64,000 bases of DNA, from the NCBI GenBank assembly GCA_001643675.2, contig LSRY02000070.1, positions 62,001 to 126,000 of the forward strand, read 5' to 3'. Of this stretch, positions 1-12,932 are shown piece after piece. This DNA is from Monocercomonoides exilis PA203 (taxonomy: Eukaryota; Protista; Preaxostyla). Numbering within the stretch: the stretch's first letter is position 1; each line of letters opens with the position of its first letter. Made by a program: the position numbers and the translations under genes. The notes beneath the pieces are model-generated. The model worked only from the letters and a program-made list of their open reading frames with translations, made no database searches and was not told where the DNA came from.

Positions 1-3000
1 GTGGCGCCGTGTATGCCGAAAGCCTGCTTCATCTGCTCGTGGTGCTTGCGGCACTCGTAGTACAGCTTCATCAGATCAGTCACCTCCTGCGGGTGGTACT
101 TCGAGGGCACTGGCGGACACACGGCCGGGTGGATGATCAGCGGGGGCATGAGGAAAAACGGAAGCATTTCGCGCATTTCGCAAGTGGGCTCGGGAAAGAC
201 GAGGGCGTCTGAGGAGGATGGGGAAGAAGGTGAAGAGGAGGAAGAAATGGAGGAGGAAGAGATAGAGGAAGAAGAGGATTGTGATGTTGATGATTGGGCT
301 AAAGAAGAGGAAGATACAGTTGCAGAAGAAGAAGAAGAGGAAGAAGAAGAGGCAGAGGAAGAAATCAAAGAAGAAGAAGAAGAAGAAGAAGTTGAAGGAG
401 CGGAAGAAAGAGGCGCAGGTGAAAAAGCAGGCACTTGTGATGGCGACGCTGCAAAAACTGAAGAAGAAGCAGAAGCAGAAGAAGAAAACGAGCACAAAGA
501 AGAAGGAGAAAAAGAAGAAGAAGAAGAAGAAGCAACAGCAGAAGACGCATTAAAACACAAAGAAGAAGAAATTGCCGACGGCGAAGACACAAACGAAGGA
601 TACATATAGGCATATGGCTGCGGTACCGGGTTAGCTGCAAACGGAGGCAGGTCAAAAGTACTTGAGTGCAAAGGCATTTTCATCGGCAGTGCAGAGGTTA
701 TCTGGTCGATGCCTGTGTTTGAGGGGAAGATGGCTGAGAGGCTCTCAGTCTGCTCGAAGGAAAGAGAAGAAGCGTCAAAGTTCGGAGCGGCGGAGGGGGT
801 GGCTGCTGGGTTTGAGGAGAACGGGGTGTATGAAGAAGGAAATGTGTCATATGTGACGGTTTGCTCGAGCTGTGAGTTTTGGGAGAGAGAGGACGAAGAA
901 GAAGCATACGCAAATGAAGACTTCACAAACATTGAAGAAGAAGAAGAAAGAGAAGAAAGAGGTGAAGCCGAAGAAGAAATGTAACTGTTTTGAAGGAAGG
1001 ATGTTGTCGAAGGCAAAGTCGAAGGAAACAGGGTGGAGTATCTTGTCGCGTGCTGATTGCGTTTTGCAAGCGAACAGTTCGAATGAGAAGAAGAAGAGGA
1101 AGAACAAGAAGAAGAACAAGAAGAAGAACAAGAAGAAGAACAAGAAGAAGGCGACGATGAAGAAGACAACGCCGATGAAGGAGAAGGCATTTCTGCGTTG
1201 ATTGCGTCGACTTTCGGGGCGGAAGTGAATTCTTCTGCAGAAAAACCGAAAATTGACGAGACGCTTACTGGAACAGGGATCGGAGGGGGAAAGATATCAC
1301 AATAATCCGAAAGAGTTAGCGAAGAACTTAAATAACTTGAAGAAGAAGAAGAAGAAGAAGATGATGATGATGATGAAGATAATGAAGCAGACGATGAAGA
1401 AGAACGAGATGAAGAATTACATAGCGAAGAATCTACATGAAATGGAGCTGAAGCGCCTAGCGCCCCAGCACTGCTACGGTGAAGTGACTGCTCAAATGCC
1501 GACGCTGTCAGAGAAGCTGACTGCGGTGTCGATGAAGCAGAAGCAGAAGCAGAAGCAGAAGCAGAATTAGCATTAACATTAGCATTAGCATCAGGATCAG
1601 CATCAGCTTCAACCACGTCCATTGTTGCTTCAGAGAAGCTTGCATCGAGCAACGACTGCGGCTGCTCCATCGCCCCTTCCCCAAACGAGGCAAACGGAGC
1701 CGAATGGAACGCGCCAGCAGAGCTGAACAAGACGTCTTCCGAAAGCAGGTCGCTCGCCTCTGTCGAAGCTGCCTGCGTTTCCGTCCCGCCTTTCAGAGCG
1801 CCACCAAATAACTGCTCGGCCTCAGAAAGGCAGCGTTCTCTGTTCTTTTCTTGCTCCCTGTGGATTTTGTCTGCCTGCGCAATGAGCGAGCTCATCAGCC
1901 CGTTCGACCACTCTGTCCAGGTTTCTGTGTACCCTCCCTCATAAACAGTCTCCAGGCTGCTGATTTGAGAGGTCAGCGCACGCAAAATGCGGATCTGCCG
2001 AAGCGTTTCAGAGGAACCAGGAAGTTTCGCGACTTCTTCGAAAAGCGTTTGGAAGCGCTTGTCCATCGCTTTGGGACTGAACCTGCGTTCGGTCTCGTCT
2101 TCCTCTTCTTCCTCTTCCTCTTCGCAATCTTCAATCTGAGTGTCTTTTTCCTTCTCATCCGCCTCCATTCTCTTACTCTCCCCACAATCCTTTAATTTTT
2201 CTCTCTCCGCTTTCTCCGCCTCCTCCTTCAGCTCCTCGTCGCTCCTCACAAACAGATCATCACCCGAAACCCTCTTCATCCGCTTCAAGTCGCCAGACAA
2301 CCGCCACACCAGGGCGTTTGTGCGGTACAGCTCCCACGCCGTCGTCTCGCCCAGCGCTGCCACCACGTCTGTGAAAGGGATGACGCGCAGCATTCGCTTT
2401 TGAGGCAGAGAGAGAATGAGGCGCCAGTACAGCATGTGCAGCGAGTAGATGTCGTTTGGCATGTTTGAAACGGGAACTGCTCGAACTTCGCTCATGTTGC
2501 CGGAGCCGCTGGCAGTGCTGAGGTTGGCAGAGGAACCAGAAGCAGAGAACTGGCTTGGAACAGTTGTCAAGTCGATGGCATATGCAAAATCGTGCAGTTT
2601 CGAAGGGAACGGTAAGTCGTCTGTGTGCGACGTGACGCTGCGGCGGCTGTACTGCCTGCTGTGCACGTAGCTGTGGAGGTCGAGGGCGACTTTGCCCGAC
2701 TGCAGGATCTGCCGGGTGGAGTGCACAAGCAGCGGATTCAGCAGCTCTGGGCAGAACATCAGGGAAGTGGTGCTGTTTTCGTTCGGGTTCGGCACATTCG
2801 ACGCGAATTTGGCGCTTTTGTGTCCGGAGTGCTTTGTCCGTTTTGTGCAGTCGCTGTTGAAGGAGAGGGAGGCTGAAGAAGCGGAATAAGCAGAAGCAGA
2901 GCCAGAGCCAAATCCAGAAGCATCAGCATAACTGGAAGGACTTGAAGTGAATGCCATCATCGCGGGTGTTGCATTGCGTGTGGGAGATGGCGGGAACCCG

Positions 3001-4107
3001 AAAATCGGCTGTTCGGGGGAGTCCTCCTTGTAATCAGAGTCCATCTCGTACGGCGTCAGATTCGCCAGCTCTTCTCTCTGAAGCTCGCTCGAACTGGGCG
3101 CAGAGGAGAGGCTGTTGGGCGTATGGATACCCTGCAGGCTTTGCAGATAGTTCGACGCAGAACCGCTTGAGAAGCAGTCAGCAAGTGTCGGCTCAATTCT
3201 TTGATTGAGAAGAAGAGGAGATGGGGAATTTTCTGAATTTTCTGAATTGCCTGGAGTGCTTAGAGTGTTTAGAGTGTTTGGCGAGCCTTCTGCTCCGCAG
3301 CTGTTCATATTCCACACCTGAGAATCTTCACTCAGCTCCAACGAGTTCTGCGAAAGAGACGAATTGGGAGAGCGCTTCTTGCTCCTTTTCGCGCTGCCAT
3401 TCTGATTCTTGTTCGGTTTCTGGCTCTTTTGCTGCTGCTGCTTCTCTTCGCTCGCTGCCAGTTTCGAGTCGTACGCAGACGTGTCGATGGCTTCGGTGCT
3501 GTGTGAATGGGCGCCCTGGTGGATGTTGAAGAAGGAGAAGACGGCGAAGTCGTCTGCGGTGCTGCCGCGCTTGTGGCACAGGTCTTCCTCGCGAAAGCGC
3601 AGCGGCGTGCAGATTTTCCGCTCGTCATTCAAAGGCTGCTTGGACATGCACAAAGACATAGAAGCCAATGAAGGATAAGCCAAAGCACAGCCTCCAGCGG
3701 CTTCGCTCTCTTCTTCAGGTGGAGCGACTTCTTCGACGATTTCGGTGGGGCTGCTGAAAGAAACGCGCATTGTGGACGGGACAGCGAACAGCAGCGGCAC
3801 CGTCCTTTCGTTCAGCTTGCCCAGGTGTGTCAATGCGATTGCCCTAGGAGTCATTTTCCCCGAGCTGGCGGAGCGGTATTTCGTGTTGAGCATCGTGGTG
3901 TGCTCGGCAGAATACGAAGACATCATCCCGTATGTGAATGTGGGGCCGACGGCGAACAGAGGCAAGAACTGGCTGCGAAGAGGCACAGGGATCGAATAGC
4001 GGGCTTTGGATAAGGGAATATAGCGGGTTCTTCTTGGGCGTGCGATGGATTGCTCGGAGGAGTGCAAGGAAAGGAAAGATGAAGGCGCGGAATAGGAATA
4101 GGAATAA

Positions 4108-4152
<45 letters not shown>

Positions 4153-7100
4153 AGAAGAGGAGCAGAGAAAGAAGGAGAAAGCGTGCTGAACGATGTTGGG
4201 GCTGAGGCAGTTAAACTACACAGGGCTGAAGAATTTTGATTGAAGGGCTGAATTTGAACTGGCATTGAATATGAAGGTGAAACTGAATTTGAAGATAAAG
4301 GCAATGAAGAAGAAGCAGAAGAAGGGGAAGAAGAAGAAGGGGAATTGGAAAGGGAAGAAGAAGAAGAAGAAACAGAAGCAATAACAGTGTGAGCTCCCAA
4401 TGGCTCAGGAATTTGGTCCGCAAAATCTGTTCCATTTGATTGGGTAATAGAAGAAAATTTTTCATTCGACTTTGCTTCTCCTTCTCCTTCTTCTCCTTTC
4501 TCTTTCTTTTCTTGTTGTTTATCTTTTGAGATATACAATAAATCATTTGCATTTTGTCTGTCTTCCGAAGCTTTCTGTGCTAATTCCTGTTGAGTCATTT
4601 TTGCTTCTTCTTCTTCTTCTTTCCTTTTCGCATCAGCAGCTAAAAGCAATGTCCAATCGCTCTCATCTTCGCTCTTTCCTTCCTTCTTTCCCGCTTCTCC
4701 AGTCAATTTTGAAGGAGTTTGAACTTCTTTCAAATCTATTAATGAATAAGAATAAGAAGAAGAAGAAGTTGAATAAGCCATTGTGTCCAACTCAGCTTCT
4801 TCTCTCTTTGCAGCCACCGACCTTGCAGAAGAAGTCGGAGCCAGCGCATTTGAACAGCCAGCCATCAAACCGAACGCTTCCACAGCTGCTTCGGCTGATT
4901 TACTCATTCCATTCACTCCATTCACTCCATTCGTTTCATTCGCTTCAACCTCATCCTCCTCTCTTTTGAGCATGTCCTGCTGGACAGTCTGTTCCACCGG
5001 AGTATTCGCTGCTGAATGGAGGAACATAGGAAGAGGATTCAAAGGAAGAGGATTCAAATGACGAGAAGCATTTGGGACAGGGAGGGAGTTCCAGCGCTTG
5101 ACTGCGCTGGAGGGATTCGAATGAGAAATGAGAGGAGGATGATGAAGCACTTCGTTGCTGTTGCTGTTACTATTGTTATTGTTTTTGCTGATATTGTTGT
5201 TGTTGTCGTCGTTGGAGGAAGAGGAGGAAGAGGAGGAAGAAGAGGAAAAGGAGGAAGATGAGAAGGATTGGTTTGGAATAAGAGGATTATTCGAAGGCGG
5301 AATAGAATCGAACGAGGGAAAGAAGGAGTTTAAAGCAGGCTGAAGCTGAGCCTGAGGCTGTGTTTGAGGCTGAGGCTGAAGAGAAGGAACTTTTTGCAGT
5401 TGATTTTGAGGCATTTGATTGAGTTGAGCTGCTTGGCTCTTCATCAAAGCGCTTGTTGCCAGCACAGGGCAAAAAGGCGGAGGAGCAGCAGCAGCTGAAG
5501 AAGAAGAAGAAGTTGCTTTTGGAGAAGAGACAAATGTTGGGGTTATTGAAGATATATTAGAAAAAGAAGAAGAGGAAGAGGAAGAGGAAGAGGAAGAGGA
5601 AGAAGAAGAAGAAGAAGAAGAAGTTATCTGATGAGGAAAAGGGATTCCAGGCTGCATCTGAAGCGGAGGTTGAGTGTTTTGGAAGGAAGAATCAGGTTTT
5701 TTCCGATTTAAAGAAGAGAAAAGAAGAGAGTTCAAAGGAGTGCTTATGCCATCCAAATGAATAAAGGCAGATGACGATGAAGAGGCAGAAGGTTCCTGAA
5801 AAACAGGGTTTTGCATGCTTGGATTGATAGAAGAAGAAGAACAAGAACAAGAACAAGGAGTAGCAACGCAAGACATATCAGAGGGAAGAGTAACTGGCAT
5901 TGAAATGCTTCTGACTGGAAGATTCAACGCCTGCGCCTGAGTAAAAACAGAAATTGCAGCTTTTCCGAAAGAGCGGTTTATGTTTTCAGACGTTGGGCTA
6001 ACATTTTCTTTGGCTTCTTCTCCTGAGCTGTTGAATTTGAAGCAGTTTCCGATGCTTCGGACAGGAGTGCGATTAGCAGGGGTAAGTGAGCTGTTTGCAG
6101 AAAACACCAAAGAAGAATTCTCCTTCAGCGGCGTGTGGTTGATCGGCGTTCCGTTCGCACTCATATTTAAATTTACATTCAAATTCGCATTCAAATTCGC
6201 ATTCGACGCAAAAGCGCTGCCGGGTGTGAAGAGGCCACAGCTGTTTGTGGAGTTTGTGAGGTTTGCCTGGCAAGGCGCGCCGAAAGGAAACGGGGAAAAC
6301 AAACCAGCTGAATTTGAATAAGAAGCGTTGTTTTTGGGTTTCTCCTTATTTGCCTCTGGCAGAGGAGGATGAGGCAGGTCTGGCTCGTAAAGGATAGCAG
6401 CATTTCGCATTTTCTGTGTTTGCTTCATTCTTCTTCTTCTGCCAACAGTTCGATTGTTTGCTGTGTTTGCTGAACTGGTTTGAATTGGCGTAGCTCCATC
6501 GGGCGTGTCAACAGCTGAAGCTGCCAATGATGATGATGATAATGTTGATGTTGCTGTTATTGCATTATTTGCTGCGATTCTGTTCCGATTAGCTAGTTTT
6601 CTTTGTCTTTTGCTTGAAAACAAGCTCCGACGGCCATTGCGCCTGTTCTTCTTCCCGCTTCTTTTCCTGGTTCCGTAGTCTTCGTCTCCATCGTCCTCTT
6701 CCCCTTCTTCATCTTCCCCTTCATCATCTTCTTCATAGTTGTCATTGGACTCTTCTTCTTCTTCTTCTTCGAATTCAACATCGCCTTCTTCAAGTCCTGT
6801 TACGAAATCGTCTTTTGACTCAAAACCGCTCTCAGCAAAGTCGACAAACGTATCTTCCATCTGATAATCCTCCTTCATTCTTCGGTTTTTCTTCATTTTT
6901 GTGCTATCTTTTGTAACATTTGTATTTCCATACAATTCCTGCAAACTGTATTTATATCGATTTGGTTGAGCATTCAATGGATCAGCAGCCGTTTCGCCTT
7001 CTTTCTCATTCCTTTTCACCCCCAATCTCCTTCTCCCGTTATTCGCTCCCTTGTTCGCTTTCACATAGTTATTGGCTGATTTATCTTGCATTATTGCTTT

Positions 7101-9459
7101 CCTTTGTCCTGCTCCTTTACTTCCATTCTGTTGTCCCTTCTTGTTTGACGCAACTTTTGTGTTGCACCTTCGAGATGGCTTAGACGATGCAATGTAATCA
7201 CTGTCGTTCAAATCTTCCTCTTCCTCTTCTTCCTCTTCTTCCTCTTCTTCATCATCTTTTTCATCTTTTTCATTTTCACTCCATTCGTCCTTCTCCTTTA
7301 GACCTTTTTGTTTCTTCTCCGCATGCTTCTTCAGCCTTGAATCCTGCGTTCCCTGCAATGAACTTCTTTTTTGCTTGATTTTCCGTGGAGAGCCTTCGGG
7401 GTGTGCATAACGATCAAGAATTCTCAAAGGCGACGATGCAGCCAAAGATTTCACCAGCGCACGCCGTTTCTGTCTTATCGATTCGTTGCCCTCTTTCTCG
7501 CCTTGGCTCTTTCGATTTTTCTGATTTCTTCCGACTTTGCTGTTTGCATTCTTCTTCCCCTTCTGAGCATCCGCTTCGCCATTTCCCAGCTTTCCCCGCG
7601 GCGCTGCAATGTCCGTTCTTTCCCTTTTGCAATGCTCAAAGTGTGACATACACGAAGAGGCTGATGATGAGTCGTTGCCATCGTAATCTTCATTTTTTAT
7701 GTATTTTGTGCGTTCTCGACGCGACGATTTGGCTGGAGTGGCCAAAAGAGGGCAGAATGGTTGGCTGAGTGTTCCGGCAAAAGACGAAGACTCTGCTGAA
7801 AATTCATCATCATCATCATCCTCTAAGTCGTCAACATCGCTGGCAAACGACGAATCAACCATATATTCTCTCACTCGCACTTTTCCCGAAGACATACGCA
7901 CGCTGATGTCTTCGTTGAGCTCGCTTTTCAGCTCCTGCTCTTTCTCGTCGCACGGCTGAAGCAACGGCTGAACTAAAGGCTGCACACTGGAACAGCCAGG
8001 GGAGACAGAGGGCAAGCCGCAACGCGAAGAAAATGGCTGCTTAGTGCTGCACGAGGTAGTGTTGGGGGCTCCGATGGATAAACAATTGGGTGAGTACGCA
8101 AGATGATCATTGCCAGGTGTGCTGCTGATGCTGCCAACGCTGCTAACACTGCAAACATTGCTAACACTGCTCCGTGGCGTGCTGACAGATGACACGCTTG
8201 AGTAGGTCTTTCCTGCACCTGTCAGATAACTTCTCCAGGTTATCTTTTCTGACCTTCTTTCTTTCAGTGAGCTGGGCAGTCTTCCTGAAAGCTCAGATTC
8301 ACCCTTGCGAAACGAAGATTGTTCCGAAATCTCATCGTCTACCAATGCTTCCGTTGAAGCATCGCTTTCATCTTCAATTTCCTGACCTAAGAGTAAATCT
8401 GAATGCTTTTTGCTATCGAATTTGGAGAATGGATTGTTTTTGGCCTGAAGTCCTTTTTCTAAAGGCACTTTCTCAGCATCAAAAACGCTTGAAGAATCAA
8501 AATTGAAATCTTCGGTATTGGTCGAGATCACCGAAAGAGAACCATTGTTTTTCCAGTTTTCTAGACTAGTTACATTTTCAAAAGATGTGCCTCTAAGATT
8601 TTCGGGAGATTTTGTTTTCAACAGTTGATCAAAGAAATTCGAATTTCTTTTTAATTTTGGTGTTTGCCAAGATGCTGAATTTCCAAATGGAGACTGTTCA
8701 TCTGTTGTGAATGCATCAAGAGAAAGTTCTTTTCCTCTTATACTGTTTGTCCTTGAGGAATCAGGCGTTTGAGCCAACGAATGAATTGGTTGAGTCGATG
8801 TAAAAGTGAGAGATGGAGAAAATAATAAATAACCACTCTTCGATACTGAAAATGGAGACGCTTCTATCGTAGAACAAGTTTTTGAAGGAGTGTCAAACGC
8901 AAAATTCGTTCCAGTTCTCAGTTGAGAATGATTATCTTCGATTGGGTACTTTTGAGTGCTGGCAATATCATCAGTTTCCTGAAATGATTCTTTTTGAAAT
9001 CCAAATGAAAGGGGAGTTTCAAGCTGAGATCCAGATCCTCCGCAAAATCCAGATGGACTTAAAGAATTTCGTGCAATCATAGATGTTTCAAACAAATTTG
9101 GTGTTTCACCGCCCGTAAAATATAAACTTCTCGTAGACATTGTTTGTTGGTCAGGGCATTCATTTCCGGAATCTTTGAGCGAATGAGCAATAGAAACATC
9201 ACGACATGGAGTCATATGTTCAACATCAGAACTCATCATATAAATGGATTCATTGCGCTCTCTTGGGGAACTTTGCACTAAATTTGCACATGTTATTGGT
9301 TGACAATACGTTGGACTTTGACCAGTAAACTGCTGCGTTGTGGTGGGACTCAATTCCTGTGCAAAACCATCATAAACAAAAAATAAAATGACATGATTTT
9401 CATGTCAAAAATAAATAAAATTATATCGGGTGAGTACTCAAATGATTGAAAACCATCAT
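1..9459 (-). CDS. Giant low-complexity (Ser/Asn/Gln-rich) orphan protein, >3,100 aa, 3' end beyond left edge; model join(9459..9454, 9356..<1)
   Basis: Checked by hand: no stop in this minus-strand frame from 9404 to position 3. The ORF track omits it, probably because no stop lies inside the window. Proposed first exon ATGATG|gttttc, 97-nt intron ending ttgcacag|GAA; alternative start is the in-frame ATG at 9239. Poly-Ser tracts and many S/T-P sites; no domain recognised. Confidence 0.85.
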
Positions 9460-9704
9460 TTAAAGATATTCTTTATAAAATTTTGCACTCGAAAATTTGA
9501 GGTGAAGTTGACTTAACACTTTCAAAATGATGTACCCTTACTTTTTTTCTCTAATTAGACTTTCTTCATAAATTTTCGTTAAACTTTTTCAATGTTATTA
9601 TTATAATTCAAGTATTACGATTTTCTATTAAAAAGGCTTTGAACATATTGAGATACTATTGTGGGCAGGAACGGATCAATAGAAGTGAATTTCTGGACTA
9701 ATAG
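9460..9704. promoter_or_regulatory. Putative compact bidirectional promoter between the giant orphan (-) and the NAK kinase (+)
   Basis: Only 245 bp of AT-rich sequence separate the two divergent proposed start codons; no transcription data. Confidence 0.45.
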
Positions 9705-11386
9705 ATGGGCTTGTCTGATTTATTAAACAAATTGACAAGCGCTTTACATTTGACTACAGGAGGATCAGTTAAAATTGGTCCATATCACTTGCAAGTCCAG
9801 AAAAAACTTGGGGAAGGTATTTTGAACATATCTTTTTACTTCAAGAACTTTTTTGTATAGGAGGCTTTTCATATGTTTATATGGTTAAGAATGTGCAAAA
9901 TGGTATTGAAAAGCAATTTTTTGAAGATCCATATTTTTATCTTTTAATTCTCATTCCATCAGGTCAACTATATGCCTTGAAGAGAATACATGCATCAACG
10001 AATGAAACAGCAAAAATAAGCGAAAATGAGATTGATATCATGGTTTTGCACTTTTCCTTTAAAATTTATCACCTGTTGCTTGCAATTCAGCATTAAATTT
10101 TAACATATAACTAGAATAAATTATCTCATCCAAATATTGTAAATCTCATTCACTCGCAAATCATGGATGATCCAAAATTAGGCAAAGATTATCTTTTGCT
10201 CATCGAATATTGTCCAACTACATTATATGGTGAGCTGGAAGCAGATTCCAATCCTCTTCTTTTAACAGAAGACGGGATTCTAAAAATATTTTATCAAATA
10301 TTAAGTGGAATTATTTATCTTCATTCTTGCAAGCCACCTATAGTGCATCGAGATATCAAAGTTGAGAATATTTTCCACTCAACTGATGGGATGTACAAAA
10401 TTGGGGACTTTGGCAGCTGCACAACTTTCCAGTATGACGTTTTCGCTCTTTCTTCGCTTGAGCGCAATGCGCTGCACGACCGGATCCAAAAATGCACGAC
10501 GCCGCAGTACCGCGCGCCGGAGATGGTTGATCTTCTGAGGAAAGAAGAGGTGGGCGTTAAAGCAGACATCTGGGCGCTGGGCTGTTTGCTGTACCGGATG
10601 TGCTTCGGAGAAACTCCCTTTGAGAAGAGCGGAGAATTAGCGATTCTGAACCACACATACGAGTACCCCAGCAGTGTGGAGTGGCTGCGGAAGGAGGCGG
10701 AGCGGAGGAAGGAAGGGAAAATTCCGCGGATGATGGTTTCTCCGATGACGATGGCGCTGATTGATGGGATGCTTGAGCCGAGTCCTGCCAGTCGGCCAAG
10801 CGCGCTGCAGGTGATGAAGCGGCTGTGTGCGATTACGAGGCAGAAGTGGCCGGAGGGGGTGGAGGTGTGGAGAGGGGAGGAAGGAGAAAGAAAGAGAAAG
10901 AAAGAAAGAGAAAGGGAAAGAAAGGGAAAGATTAATATTGTTTGAAATGAAGTTGATTGAATACAATTGAGATTTCTTTTTCACATTTTCTTCCTTTTAT
11001 TTAGTAATATTTGCTAGTTTTATCAAATATTTTCTTTAACTTTATATATTTATTTAATTTTTTTCATTGTATTTTATTTAATTTTATTTAATTTAATTTA
11101 TCTATTTATCTCCCCCCATGTATTTGTGCTTGAATATGAAATGAATTATGAATGAATTTTATAAATATGCAAAAATTTCATACAAAACTCAATTGAACTT
11201 TCAGATGCCTTCTGATCCTCTTCCACCGACTGTCACACCGAAATACGTTTTGTGGCTGAAAGAAGAGAAAAAGATGAGGAAAGCGAAAGAGGTTTGAGTG
11301 TATAGTGGTTTTGCTTGTGAAAATGAATTGGTTTTCCTTTTTTCTTTTCCCTTTTTCATTTTTCATTTTTCATTTTTTTTTTCTAT

Positions 11387-11423
<37 letters not shown>

Positions 11424-11921
11424 TTTTTATTTTTATTTTTATTTTTATTTTTATTTTTATTTTTATTTTTATTTAATTTTGTTTCCTTCTTTTCAAATCA
11501 GGCTGCACAGGGTCAGCCTTCAAAGTCTGTTCCATCAACATCCTTTTTCTCCTCATCTGCTCAATCATCAGCAACCCCTTCTTCTTCACCTTCTTCTTCT
11601 TCCTCCTCCTCCTCTTCATTATCTTCTTCTTCTTCACCTTCTTCTTCTTCACCTTCATTTTTTCCTACTTACACCTTTTCTTCTTTTCCTTCCTCGTCAT
11701 CATCTTCTTCTCCTTCTCCTCCTTCTCCTCCTTCTCCTTCTCCTTCTTCTTTAAAGTCAAATTTTTCTTCTTCTTCTTCTCCTCCTTCCTCTTCAACATC
11801 TTCTTCTCCATCCATTTCATCTCCACAAAAAGATAACACACTCACTGAAATTCAATCAAATAAACACATTTCACCGCCACAATCATCATCATCATCTTCT
11901 TCTTCAGCTCAAAATTCTTCC

Positions 11922-11962
<41 letters not shown>

Positions 11963-12932
11963 TCCTTCTTTTTTCTCCTCTTCTTCCTCTTCCTTTTCTT
12001 CTTCTTCCTCCTCCTCCTCCTCAAAACCACACGAAATTCCCTTTCAAACCAGCAAATCTGAGAAAAAACACAAAAAAGAGCACAAAATGAGGAAGTCTCA
12101 GCAGAAAATACACAAAATACAGAAAGAACAAATGGATAAAGAGAAAGAATTAAATGTTACTGATTCTTCTTCTTCTTCTTCTTCTAATTTTTCTTCTTCT
12201 TCTTCTTCCTCCTCCTCCTCCTCCTCCTCCTCTCCTTCGAATTCTTCGAATTTTTCTTCTTCTTCTTCAGATTTTATAACTCCAGAAGATAGAGAAAGAA
12301 AAGGAAAAGAAGAAGAAGAAGAAGAAGAAGAAGAAGAAGAAGAAGAAGAAAAAGTTAAAGGAAAAAGAGCAAAAGAAGAGGAACAAAAAGAAATAAAGAA
12401 AGAAATAAAGGATATCGAGAAAGAAGAAGAAAAGATAAAAGAGAAAGAAGCGAAAAAAGAAGCGAAAGAAGAAGAAAATGAAGAAGAAGAAGGAAAAGAA
12501 GAAGAAGAAAAAGCAAAAGAGGAAAAAGAAGAAGTTAATGATGATGATAATAATGATGATAATGAAGACGAATGGGACGAATTTTCGTCTGCTTCGTTTG
12601 AGATGCCAAGCAACATTGCTCTTTCTCCTTTCACAGAAATGTTTGGAAGCTCTTTGCCTGTGACGCATCAAGCAACTGATACAGAAGTTAGATTGGTGGA
12701 AATTTCTTCTTCTAATTCTTCTAATTCTTCTTCTTCTTCTTCTTCTCCCTCTTCTGCATTTTCTTCTGTTAATTTTAATTCTTCAAATTCTTCTTCTTCT
12801 AATTCTTCTAACTCTTCTTCCTCTTCTTCTTCTTCATTAACTGAAATATCTGACCAAACTGAATGGGACGATTTTTCATCGGCTGATCCTTCTAATTCAT
12901 TTTCTGTTGATGCAACTTTTTTCCCCAGTTGA
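9705..12932 (+). CDS. NAK-family (AAK1/GAK/Ark1-Prk1/STK16-like) Ser/Thr kinase, ~833 aa; join(9705..9816,9861..9902,9963..10042,10115..10864,11205..11291,11502..12932)
   Basis: Spliced translation gives LGEGGFSYVY, YALKRI, HRDIKVENI, KIGDFGSCTT and TTPQYRAPEMVDL (NAK signature) plus [12 protein letters not shown]. Five GT-AG introns keep the frame. Ser/Glu-rich tail carries EWDEF and EWDDF motifs. Confidence 0.9.

Noticed and set aside
9-9082. Dozens of short poly-E/K/F/L ORFs on both strands
   Set aside because: Shadow frames of the single giant minus-strand ORF and its trinucleotide tracts.
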